A stretch of 64,000 bases of DNA from Zygnema circumcarinatum SAG 698-1b (lineage: Eukaryota; Plantae; Zygnematophyceae): assembly GCA_037447605.1 (NCBI GenBank), contig CM074816.1, positions 62,001 to 126,000 on the forward strand. Direction: 5' to 3'. Below the pieces are notes generated by a model. It was not told the origin of the DNA and ran no database searches. It worked only from the letters and a program-made list of their open reading frames with translations. The translations under genes and the position numbers were made by a program. Of the stretch, positions 12,200-24,250 are shown piece after piece (the stretch's first letter is position 1; each line of letters begins with the position of its first letter).

Positions 12200-13535
12200 G
12201 AATACGGTTATTCGCTCTGGTAGAAAAGGAGGGGGGGGACTTGTGGGAGAGGGTTGTGTGTGAGATAAAGGAGAGGGAGTGGAGTGGAAAGGGAGAGGGG
12301 AGATGGGAGAGAGGGGGGGGAAGGAAGAGGAGGGAAATGGGAGGGGGAGGGAGGGAGTGAGGAGGGAGAGATGGGAGGGAGAGGAGGTTAACATTTTGGA
12401 GCTTTGCTTTCTCGTGCATGGGGAGGAGGGAGTGTACACTAGTTTGGGTATGTGCAGTGTGAATAGAGAAAGTGGCAGGCAGCAGGCAGGTTGTCCCTTT
12501 GTACGGTATGCAGGTTTTGGGGTTGAGTGGGACAATTGCCATTTTGTGTCATTGCCAAGAGGGGTTGAGATGCGGCCTTAGGCGATAATCCATAATTGTA
12601 TTAAAAAGCAGTTTTTTTTAACAATCTGAAAGTTGTACTTTTCGTCTTCTGCCGTTTCCTTGGCCGATCATTCGTATGCCCTCATCACAAAAGATATAAG
12701 TTCAAAGGACTGACCCTCAACTGTCTTCAGCCACCGCACATAAAACATTCCGGGACTCAATGCCACATGCGATAAAGTAAATAGTAGTAATATATTAAAC
12801 CCTAAAAATAATAATGAGAAGGTAAGCCAAGCCCTGAACTCAGGCAGTCGTACCCGCCCCTTCATTCCGATTACTTTTCCCCACAAGCTGTGAGTAAAGC
12901 TACTTGACATGCCATCATCTAGTAGGGGAAGTCAGATCTTGACCATCGCTTACGAAATTCCCGAATTCCTTATACTAAAAGTCACTTCGTTCGTGTACGA
13001 ATTCCGGGTCGGGATCCGCGGCTACTGAGAGTCCTGCTGTACCGAAATGCGTACCTAGCCAATGCTTAATTCGCCCTACAGGCTTACGAAATTGATTTGG
13101 CGATGGTCAAGGTCTGACTCCCCCTATTCCCGCCGGCCGGCTTGATCAATACAGTGAATCACTTCAAAAAAAATTCCGCCCGGTCGCCGGCCGGCCAACG
13201 GCGTAAAAACAGCCGGTTTGAAGACCGCCGGCACAGTTCCAGCCTGGCCGACTATGTATTACGTGTCGCAATGTGACTGGTCCACGTGGCAGGCATTTTA
13301 TTTCCCTACAACATTGGACTATCGGCTCTTTTTTTTGTTCAGGTGAGAATTGCGCCAATACGAGCAGGCCACGTGCTACCTTTGGACACGGGGTCTTCTC
13401 TGATTGGCTTGGCTCCCCTGGTACCTTGCAGGAAGCCCTTGCTTGCTCCCTTCGAAGAGGGAGGAAAGGGGAGAGGAGAGGAGAAGGAGAAAGGGCCATC
13501 CCTTGCAGGAGGGAGGAGGAGCTTGGAAGGAAGGA

Positions 13536-15498
13536 ATGGCGCCCGTGGACCCGCACTCCTTCACAGACGGCAGCCAGCCCTTCACCGCCGCGGTGGACCT
13601 GCACCTCAAGATCGACTTCGCGCAGAAGCTCATTGCGGGGACGGCCACTCTGCACCTCGCGGCCAAGGCGGGCCTCCATCTTGAGCTTCATCTTCATTCA
13701 CCTTGCTTCCAGTTTTCCTGATTCGTTGTTGTCTCTTTCGTGTATACAGAACACGATTTTTTTTTTCATGAAAATCCAGGGAATTTTCAGACATGTTGCC
13801 GTCGGAGGCATCTTTGCGTGACCTTTATCATTACTTCAGCGGTTTCTTTTCTATCCTCTATTTTTATTTTTATTTCCGGTGCTCCTTTTCTTTCCATTCC
13901 GCTGAGAAGTAAACTATTCATGCATGCACGGATGCAGGCTGAAGGCATCCTGAACCTCGATACAAGAGGCTTGATCATTGAAGGCGCTAAAGACAGTGCT
14001 GGAAATGAAGGTAAGCAGAGGTCAATGTCATCAGACCAGTAGAACCATTCTTTAGTTGTTCCTTAAAATCATTATTTCCATAGCATCATTTACAGCTGTC
14101 TTGAATTTTTCTTTAAAATGGCTGCGAATGCAGACGTCGTAGGTGAATAGCAGCATCTAGTCTGAATGACCTTGGCAGTGCAGCCTGGAAATAGTTTCGG
14201 TTCGTGTGAACCTATCGACAATATTTGAAGCTGCACACAGAGGGTCGGTTATTAAGAAAGTGTCTTCTGTAGCTGTCGTCGGACATTATCAATTTATATG
14301 GCATTAAATAAGTTTCTTGCTTGTCAAAGCTAAGTTAGAAAATGATTGGAATAACATCATCAAAACGCCGCTCATTGTTTGCACGTTTATGTAAGGTGGA
14401 GTGTATCAATAAGAAATGAGCAAATAGTGAAGATGAACTTAAAACCTGCAATTCAGAAAGTCATTGCATGTGTGTAACCCTCTCTCTCTCTCTTCCTCCC
14501 TCCCTCCCTCCCTTCCTTCCTTTTTCTTTAAGCACGTCAAGCTCAACGATGGATGGTAAGCAGTCCATTTTTTCGACCTGTCTAACTCCTTTTTTCGGCG
14601 TGCAGTGAAATTTGAGCTGGAAGAACCTGGAGATCCCATCAAGGGAACGCTTCTGAAGGTCTTTCTGAATGACGATAAGGTCTCCATCAGTGGGTCTTCG
14701 TGCCTTGCACTATCATCTTGTCACAAAAGAACTATCTCGCAAGTTACCGTTGAATCATAGGGAAGGAAAGGGAAAGAGAAGGGGAAGTAATTCTAGGGTG
14801 TTGGTCACTTTTTTGGGGGGACACAGCCTACAAGACGACAGCAAGGCGACTGCCTTGCAATGGTTAGAACCTTCACAAACTGCGGGCGGAAAACAGCCCT
14901 ATGTGTTCACTCAATGCCAGCCAATTCACGCTCGGTCAGTGTTTCCATGTCAGGATACACCGCAGGCACGTATCAAATATAAAGGTAAAGTCCCAAGTCC
15001 TTTTCAAATGCTTGAAAACTTCCTAAATTTCCTCTTTAAAGCCGACAAGGCTTTCCTGAGGATCCATTTTCCTTCTTTGCAGACTTCTGTCAAATCTCTC
15101 TCCCTCTTTTGAGCGTTATCGATGTTTCTGTCAGTATATAATGGAGCTTTCTCAATTCAACAATGAGCTTAACCGGTTCATGCGAAGCGAAACAACTTTT
15201 TCTTGTCATGCAAAACAAAAGCAGCATAACTGGACAGGTGTTCGAGATTCAGCTGTTTCCTGTCATACATGTTCACTCCCAATGCTGAAACCACTCACTC
15301 TGTTCGCTGTGCTCCCTCTGCAGCTCGTGTTGAGGTTCAAAAGGACACACGAGTAGTGATGAGTGCAGCTCATGTTCGTCGTGAAGAAAGCGAGGACTTC
15401 GCAACTGAATTCTTCGACATGGAACAGGCTATTCCGCCGTATCTGTTTGCTTTAGCAGCCGGCGATATTGTATTTGAAGACCTGAGCACACGCTCTCG
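13536..15498 (+). pseudogene. Partial direct duplicate (exons 1-5) of the LTA4H gene, ending at an N gap; probably an unmerged contig overlap
   Basis: 13525-15498 repeats at 15509-17484 (offset 1984, then 1986) and is truncated by 10 N at 15499-15508. It carries a -1 indel in exon 4 relative to the intact paralog. Confidence 0.6.
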
Positions 15499-15519
15499 NN
15501 NNNNNNNNGGAAGGAAGGA

Positions 15520-18500
15520 ATGGCGCCCGTGGACCCGCACTCCTTCACAGACGGCAGCCAGCCCTTCACCGCCGCGGTGGACCTGCACCTCAAGATCGAC
15601 TTCGCGCAGAAGCTCATTGCGGGGACGGCCACTCTGCACCTCGCGGCCAAGGCGGGCCTCCATCTTGAGCTTCATCTTCATTCACCTTGCTTCCAGTTTT
15701 CCTGATTCGTTGTTGTCTCTTTCGTGTATACAGAACACGATTTTTTTTTTCATGAAAATCCAGGGAATTTTCAGACATGTTGCCGTCGGAGGCATCTTTG
15801 CGTGACCTTTATCATTACTTCAGCGGTTTCTTTTCTATCCTCTATTTTTATTTTTATTTCCGGTGCTCCTTTTCTTTCCATTCCGCTGAGAAGTAAACTA
15901 TTCATGCATGCACGGATGCAGGCTGAAGGCATCCTGAACCTCGATACAAGAGGCTTGATCATTGAAGGCGCTAAAGACAGTGCTGGAAATGAAGGTAAGC
16001 AGAGGTCAATGTCATCAGACCAGTAGAACCATTCTTTAGTTGTTCCTTAAAATCATTATTTCCATAGCATCATTTACAGCTGTCTTGAATTTTTCTTTAA
16101 AATGGCTGCGAATGCAGACGTCGTAGGTGAATAGCAGCATCTAGTCTGAATGACCTTGGCAGTGCAGCCTGGAAATAGTTTCGGTTCGTGTGAACCTATC
16201 GACAATATTTGAAGCTGCACACAGAGGGTCGGTTATTAAGAAAGTGTCTTCTGTAGCTGTCGTCGGACATTATCAATTTATATGGCATTAAATAAGTTTC
16301 TTGCTTGTCAAAGCTAAGTTAGAAAATGATTGGAATAACATCATCAAAACGCCGCTCATTGTTTGCACGTTTATGTAAGGTGGAGTGTATCAATAAGAAA
16401 TGAGCAAATAGTGAAGATGAACTTAAAACCTGCAATTCAGAAAGTCATTGCATGTGTGTAACCCTCTCTCTCTCTCTTCCTCCCTCCCTCCCTCCCTTCC
16501 TTCCTTTTTCTTTAAGCACGTCAAGCTCAACGATGGATGGTAAGCAGTCCATTTTTTCGACCTGTCTAACTCCTTTTTTCGGCGTGCAGTGAAATTTGAG
16601 CTGGAAGAACCTGGAGATCCCATCAAGGGAACGCTTCTGAAGGTCTTTCTGAATGACGATAAGGTCTCCATCAGTGGGTCTTCGTGCCTTGCACTATCAT
16701 CTTGTCACAAAAGAACTATCTCGCAAGTTACCGTTGAATCATAGGGAAGGAAAGGGAAAGAGAAGGGGAAGTAATTCTAGGGTGTTGGTCACTTTTTTGG
16801 GGGGACACAGCCTACAAGACGACAGAACAAGGCGACTGCCTTGCAATGGTTAGAACCTTCACAAACTGCGGGCGGAAAACAGCCCTATGTGTTCACTCAA
16901 TGCCAGCCAATTCACGCTCGGTCAGTGTTTCCATGTCAGGATACACCGCAGGCACGTATCAAATATAAAGGTAAAGTCCCAAGTCCTTTTCAAATGCTTG
17001 AAAACTTCCTAAATTTCCTCTTTAAAGCCGACAAGGCTTTCCTGAGGATCCATTTTCCTTCTTTGCAGACTTCTGTCAAATCTCTCTCCCTCTTTTGAGC
17101 GTTATCGATGTTTCTGTCAGTATATAATGGAGCTTTCTCAATTCAACAATGAGCTTAACCGGTTCATGCGAAGCGAAACAACTTTTTCTTGTCATGCAAA
17201 ACAAAAGCAGCATAACTGGACAGGTGTTCGAGATTCAGCTGTTTCCTGTCATACATGTTCACTCCCAATGCTGAAACCACTCACTCTGTTCGCTGTGCTC
17301 CCTCTGCAGCTCGTGTTGAGGTTCAAAAGGACACACGAGTAGTGATGAGTGCAGCTCATGTTCGTCGTGAAGAAAGCGAGGACTTCGCAACTGAATTCTT
17401 CGACATGGAACAGGCTATTCCGCCGTATCTGTTTGCTTTAGCAGCCGGCGATATTGTATTTGAAGACCTGAGCACACGCTCTCGTGTTCATGCAGGTATT
17501 TTTTTTACTTTCTAATCTCTAATCTAGTCGGTAATCTTCTGTCAGTGAGCTATAATGCACATCCCTCCCTCCCATATTCAAAATTGAGCTTCCCATCATC
17601 GCAACTCCTCCCTCTCTTCCTCTCTCTCTCTCTCTCTCTCTCCCTCTCTCGCTCTCTCTCTCTCTCCCTCCCTCTCTCTCTCTCCACATGGCGGTCATTT
17701 GCAGAGCCCTCTGTGGTGAAAGCTGCCGCGTACGAGTTCGCAGAAGCGGAAACAATGATCGAGACCGCTGAAAAGTTGTTTGGTAAATATGAGTGGGATC
17801 GTTTTGACCTGCTGGTGATGCCCCCCTCCTTCCCGTACGGCGGCATGGAGAATCCGCGAATGACCTTCCTCACTCCCACAGTGATAGCGGGAGACCGCTC
17901 GCTGGTGGGAGTGGTCGCGCATGAGCTCGCGCACAGTTGGACGGGCAACCTTGTCACGAATGCATCCGCTAATGATTTTTGGCTCAATGAGGTGAGTGAG
18001 CCGGTTCATTTTTGGATTTAGCATCACCGATTGTATGGAAAACGTCGGCTAAGTCGAAGGAGGGATAAGTTGATGAGTCGATTTCCGACAGCATGTGTTC
18101 AAGTCCTGTAAACAGTTCTGCAAGCTCTGTTCATGATAGAACTGAAATGAAGGGACAGGAAAATTTGGTTACAAAGACACAGTGTTGTCTAATGCATATA
18201 CTGGCCATCATCTCCCTGCTCGATCTAAGTCGCTTGTCTCCGACTTACCATCTTTAACTTCCGTGAAATCAACAGCCGTTAACTTAACTGATATACTATG
18301 TCAGCATCATATGAAAATCAGTATGCTGCAATAGTGTCGGTTCAAAGTCATGCTTTGTTTGATGCAAGTTCTATGTTAATCGTAGAAATTTCTCTAGCTT
18401 TCCCTCTCTCTCAATCCACGATTCACCCTCCCATTCCGTCCCTCTCCAGGGGTGGACCACGTATGCGGAACGGCGCATTCAGGAAGCTATGGAAGGTGTA

Positions 18501-20022
18501 GAACGGTTTCAGTTGTACGCAGCCATTGGATGGAACGACCTCCAGCAGGCCTTAGAGCAGTACAAAAGTCAGCCTCAGTTCACAAAATTGCGAATGGATC
18601 TGGAGGGAATAGATCCGGATGAAGTGTACAGTTCGGTCCCATATGAGAAGGGATATCTTTTTCTGAAACGATTGGAGTTAGAGGTATAGGAATTCATTCT
18701 GTCTTCACCCTCCCCTTTTCGCCTTTCGTTTCCTCTTCCTTCGAGCCTCTCTCCCTCTCCCCTCTCTCCCTCTCCCCTCTCCTCTCCTTCCTATTTCCGT
18801 TGCTTTCTCCATCCTCCTTCCTCTTCAAGGGAACGAGGAAGCAGAGAGAGGAGGGAAGCGAGCGGAAGAGAGTGAGGGGAGAGATAGAAAGTAAGGGAGA
18901 GTGAGCGGGAAACTCATTATCTTGTGAAGAGCGACATCTTGCTCTGAACATTTCACCTGTCCAGATTTTAGTACTCGCTGATGAATCTCATGCCTCTCTC
19001 TCCATGCAGGTTGGAAGACCAGCCTTTGACGAGTTTATTCAGAAGTACATCAGCAGCTTCCGATTTCAATCTATCTCAACGGAGACGTTCCTTAAATTTT
19101 TGATAAGTGAATTTCCTCACATTGCCAAGTCCGTGGACCTTCTCACTTGGCTGCATGGATCAGGTCTTCCAGAAGATGCTCCCAAAGCAGAGTCTAAGGA
19201 GCTCTCTACCATCCAATCTCTCGCATCTGAATATGTATGGGGCCGCATCTTGAAGCCGTCCGATTACAAGAGCTGGAAAGCCACTGAATGGCAGGTCTAT
19301 CTGGCAAAGCTCCCTCAGCTTATGTCGCACGATAAAATCGCGGATTTGGATTCGCAGTTTTTTTTCGCCTCGGTAAGCTGCCTATCTGCCCAATATGAGT
19401 AAGAATAAGGGAAAGTGGGACCAGTGTACTTTAAGCCTTGCAACCCTAATAGTTTCATGAATCTGTCCCTCGGAGTTGTTTTCTTGTGGAAACTAAGGGG
19501 GTTTCAGAGTCCAAAGAGTATACGGATTTGAAGGGTTCAGATTTGGAGGAAGCAGACTCTATGTTGATTGATGTTCGTTCTGGAAATTTATTTTCAAGGC
19601 CCTTTTTATTACTGTGGAGCGAGCAGTAGGCTCTGAAACTTAAAACTGTTTCTAGGTTCCACACCCAATCTTCGGCTCTCTTGAAGAGTTCGGACCTTAC
19701 CCCCCATTTCTCTCCTATCTATCTATGGCCTGACTTTATTGAAAGAGCGGTCGTATTACAGAGCAAAAACTGGGAGATACGAGTTGGGTTTTTAACGATA
19801 GCAGCAAATTCTGCGTACGAGCCCTCGTACCAAGCCATAGAGGCGACTTTGCTGAGTGTTGGGAGAATGAAGTACCTGAAGCCGCTCTATGCGGGGCTCG
19901 TATGCGGAGGGGCGAAGGCGCTCGCTGTGGAAATCTTCCAAAAGGCGAAACCCAAATACCATGGGATCGCTCAGCAAGTTATCGACGGGCTGCTGAAGAA
20001 GGAAACGCTTACATTTGGCTGA
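15520..20022 (+). CDS. LTA4H: Leukotriene-A4-hydrolase-like leucine aminopeptidase (M1 family), copy 1
   Basis: Exons 15520-15651 (GC donor), 15922-15994, 16590-16673, 16811-16970, 17310-17495, 17705-17991, 18450-18683, 19010-19372, 19762-20022. Motifs: [47 protein letters not shown]..18..E (HEXXH zinc site), VPYEKG, VGRMKY. There is an apparent +1 indel at ~16826 in exon 4. Confidence 0.92.
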
Positions 20023-21199
20023 TCTCAGTTCAGCTCTCAGTTCCGGAACGGCAGCGAAGGGTGCCTTTAGTGATGAGGGCAGCGTTGTGTAACTAACTGC
20101 CATGTTCATGTTTCATATTGATCCCCCCGTTTTGCAGTCAGTAGGCATGTTATGTGACATGTCAGTTTTTCAAATACAATGCTTACAGAATCGAATATAA
20201 GGAAGTAGCTACAATTCCCTCATAAAAAATTAATATCCAAGCAAACCGGAAAACGTCCGAATAAGTTTTTTCAACAAAGTAATTTGTTTTCAGAACGAAG
20301 ACGAGCCCCTTCATTCCCCTTCATTACTTTTCCCCACAAGCTGTGAGAAGAGCTCCTTGACATGCCATCATCTATTACCGGCCACGCCTGTCAATGGGAG
20401 GGAGTTCAGCCATCAACTGGCGGGTCTCCAGGTATGTCAGTAACGGATTATAGCCAAACCAAACTAAACCCCTTGTTTAACAAGCAGCTGAAAGATTTAG
20501 CCAAAGCGTTTGCACTGCAGCATACAAGAAATTAGGAATTATCCAGCGCGTTAACCATATAAATTCGTCTACTTTCTTTTTTTAGGTGACACCATTCTCC
20601 AGTTGCAGAATTGGCCCCTGAACTCTGAAAGGCATAGATAACCGCCGGCAGGCTTGATCAATATAATAGATTACTTCAAAAACCAATGAAGAAAAGCAAG
20701 TGAGGTTTTTGACAGGGCCTGCACAAGCACGCGCTGACACGCATCCACACATTTTAAGCATTCTCAAATTCGTCGCATATCCATTTCCGCATCGCCATTC
20801 AGAAAGTTGTGAAGAAAAGCAGCAGCAGAGAGACGCAGAATTCCACGCAATTTAACACAAAACTTTTTTACCAAAACAAGAAAAACAAATCGACATCCGA
20901 AGGACAAAAGGGGAAATTGCCGAATAATTATTTTCCACAATGTTAACAAAGTAATTGGTTCACCGTACAACCAAGGCGAGCTTCCCATGTGGCTTCTACA
21001 GGCCGCCTGTCTCCATGGCAATAATTATTAATAATTTCCTAAACCCTAGGAATGATGCAAGCGAAGAGGGCAAAACCCTCGTATTCCAAGAGGCGGACGC
21101 TCTGCCTTCCGCCGCCTCTGTCCGGACGCCTCCCGCGTTCCGTGCGCGTGTGCTCGCCGTTCTCCGTGCTATCCCGTTCCGTGGCGCGGCACGGCACTG

Positions 21200-22589
21200 C
21201 TACTGCACAGAGAAGCCGTTGTACGCGACCGTGTACGAGGGCTGCGCCCACGAGGCCGTGCCCGCCCACGAGCCGCCGTTGATGCCGGACGCGTCCCAGA
21301 TGCTCTGGTAGAAGTAGACCGCCTGCGAGGGGAAGGGCTGCCCCGCCGCGGCCGCCACCTCGTGCACCTGCGCGCCGTCGATCCACCACCTGCAGGCCCT
21401 CCTCCCCGCGCAGACATTGAGCAAAACATTGGGCTTCTTCTCTCAATCTCGCGCACTCCCTTGCTCTCTTCCCGTCTCTCTGCCACCCCCTTTCCATTGC
21501 ATTGCACCCGGGTGGAGGGCGCGCTCACGTGATTCTGTCGGCGCCGTAGTAAACGGTGTAGGTGTGGAAGTCCGCAGAGCAGTCGAACCCCAACGCGACA
21601 ATCTTCTCGTGCCCGCCCGCTCTGCACACGACACGTGGCAGGCCGAGTGAGCCAGGGAACTCGACATGACGTGACATGACACGACATGACATGACATGAC
21701 ATGACATGACAGGACAGGACATGACATGACAGGACATGACACGACAGGACAGGACATGACATGACATGACATGACATGACATGACATGACATGACCCATG
21801 GAACGAATCCCTCTGAGCAGCCCTCACCCGTTGACGTAGTAGTTGAGCTGTACGGAGCTCTTGGAGTTTCCGAGCCACTCGAAGTCGATCTCGTCCTGCG
21901 TCTTGCTGCCCTCCAGGGAGGAGAGGTACAGCGAGGAGACCAGCCCGCTGCACCCATGGAACCGCGCGCTGACGTCAGCCTCCGCCATAGCAAGCGAGAA
22001 AAGGGAAACGCAGGGGGCGAGAGAGCGCCTCTCTCTCTCTCACTCTCTCTGTCTCTGTCTCTCTCTCCCTCACCTGGTGTCGCCCGCGGGACATTTGGCC
22101 CTCGCGGAGAAGGTCGTGCCGGGCGGATACCTCACACTCGTGCGCGCCCTGCCAGCTGTCAGCTCTCACAAACGCGCCATGTCAGCATCCGCAAACCTCA
22201 CGTGCATAGCTCTTCAAAACTGAAGGAGGGCGAGAGGGAAAAAGTTAGGGAGGGAGGGAGGGGCCGCACTGGAGGTCCTGGTGAGGGTGATGGCGAGGGA
22301 GTCGCCCGCGATCACCACACTGTCGGGGTCGCCCGCATCGAACACGATGGTCGGCGCTGCGGCCACGGCGGCGCTCTGCACGTGCTGCCGCAGACCGGGA
22401 GGGATACCGCGGCCATGGCAGCTGCGCAAAGAGAGGAACCAACCAATTTGTCAGAACAACTACCACTCACTATCCCGCCCCTCCCTCTCTCTCTCTCCAT
22501 ACGGCTTACACTACTGAGGCCCTGCTGTATTCCCGCACTGACCTGGCCACCACTGCAGCGAGTATGGTGAGAAAGAGAGCGGGAGCCAT
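21200..22589 (-). CDS. EG16: GH16 endo-glucanase 16 (EG16-type, XTH-related, no XET C-terminal extension), with signal peptide; left copy
   Basis: Reverse complement of 24251-25571. Same motifs: CPAGDTSGLVSSLYLSSLEGSKTQDEIDFEWLG, LGFDCSADFHTY, SIWDAS. Confidence 0.9.
21662..21795. repeat. (CATGT/CATGA-type) pentanucleotide microsatellite in EG16 intron 4; shorter in the other copy (25045-25105)
   Basis: gacatgacatgacatg... visible directly; it produces the SCHVM repetitive ORFs. Confidence 0.9.
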
Positions 22590-24250
22590 GGCGGCGGGCG
22601 GGCCTCCTGCGAAGGGCGGAACGCGGCGGAGGGCGAAGGGAGGACGAGGCAGAGGAGCTCTGACTGCCTTCGCTGCCCTCCCTCCCTCCCTCCCTCCGGC
22701 TTCATGCGACCCCGGGCGGCGCGCAGCGGAGGGTGCCGCGTGGCGGGGAAGTAAAGTGCTCCGCGCCTGCGGGAGCCAACCGACGCGCGCCACGTGGTGA
22801 ATCGAATCTGAGGGCCAATCGGGAACTGCCCGGGAGGATTGCGCCCGCGCCGGGCGGTTGACCGACTCGTACGGGCACCCGACCGTACGGAGCCGACTGC
22901 GGACAGAATCGGTGACGGGCGGCAGCGGAAACCGTTGGAGGAGGGAGGCGCTGAGCCGTCCGATCAGAAGGCGATGGAGCGTACGGGCGCCACGTGGCGA
23001 GGCGGTCGCTGGGCGCCATTTGGCGCCTGGGGAGCGGATTGGCCGCGGGGCAAACGCTGTCGCGTAGCGAGGCCGCCGGCGGCCTTTAACGGTCGAGTTA
23101 TGATGGGCTCCGGCGACGCGAAGGAGGCCGTGCGATACCGTACGACCAGCCATGCGACTGGGAGTCCAATGGTGAAAAGCTGTGCGACCAAGCGTGCGAC
23201 GGATCATGCGACAGTTTGTGCGAGGGTGGAAGCTCGCCTGGTCTCGCTTACGGATAAGGTACGGACCGGCATGGAACGTGAGAGCACGCGCTTGAGCCAC
23301 ATGGCATGGGTCCAAAGGAGGTGGGGGATAGGCATGGGGATTGGGATGGGGATGGGGATGCGTTTGTCCATCCCCATCCGCATCCGCATCCCCATATTCA
23401 ACCCATCCCCATGCCCATCCCACATCTCTATATGACCCATGCCCTGTGGCTTGGGATTTTTTGTGAGAACCGAGGATTCCCATCCCATCCGCATCCCAAT
23501 CCCCATGCCTATCCCGCACCTCCTTTGGACCCATGCCATGTGGCTCAAGCGCGTGCTCTCACGTCTCATGCCGGTCCGTACCTTATCCTTAAGCGAGACC
23601 AGGCGAGCTTCCACCCTCGCACAAACTGTCGCATGACCCGTCGCACGCTTGGTCGCACAGCTTTTCACCATTGGACTCCCAGTCGCATGGCTGGTCATAC
23701 GTTATCGCACGGCCTCCTTGGCGTCGCCGGAGCCCATCATGACTCGACCGTTAAAGGCCGCCGGCGGCCTCGCTACGCGACAGCGTTTGCCCCGCGGCCA
23801 ATCCGCTCCCCAGGCGCCGAATGGCGCCCAGCGACCGCCTCGCCACGTGGCGTCCGTGCGCTCCATCGCCCTCCGATCGGACGGCTCAGTGCCTCCCTCC
23901 TCCAACGGTTTCCGCTGCCGCCCGTCACCGATTCTGTCCGCAGTCGGCTCCGTACGGTCGGCTGCCCGTACGAGTCGGTCAACCGCCCGGCGCGGGCGCA
24001 GTCCTCCCTGGCAGTTCCGGATTAGCCCGGAGTTTCGATTCACCACGTGGCGCGCTTCGGTTGGCTCCCGCAGGCGCGGAGCACTTCACTTCTCCGCCAC
24101 GCGGCGCCCTCCGCTGCGCGCCGCCCGGGGTCGCATAAAGGCGGAGGGAGGGAGGGAGGGAGGGCAGCGAAGGCAGTCAGAGCTCCTCTGCCTCCTCCTC
24201 CCTTCGCCCTCCGCCGCGTTCCGCCCTTCGCAGGAGGCCCGCCCGCCGCC

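Noticed and set aside
13536-15498. A third functional LTA4H gene
   Set aside because: It is truncated at an N gap and essentially identical to the adjacent copy; an assembly overlap is the simpler explanation.
21169-21993. ORFs with SCHVM repeats and long antisense ORFs over EG16 (21791-22570, 24270-25049, 24847-25806)
   Set aside because: They arise from the pentanucleotide intron repeat and from stop-poor GC-rich antisense frames of EG16.
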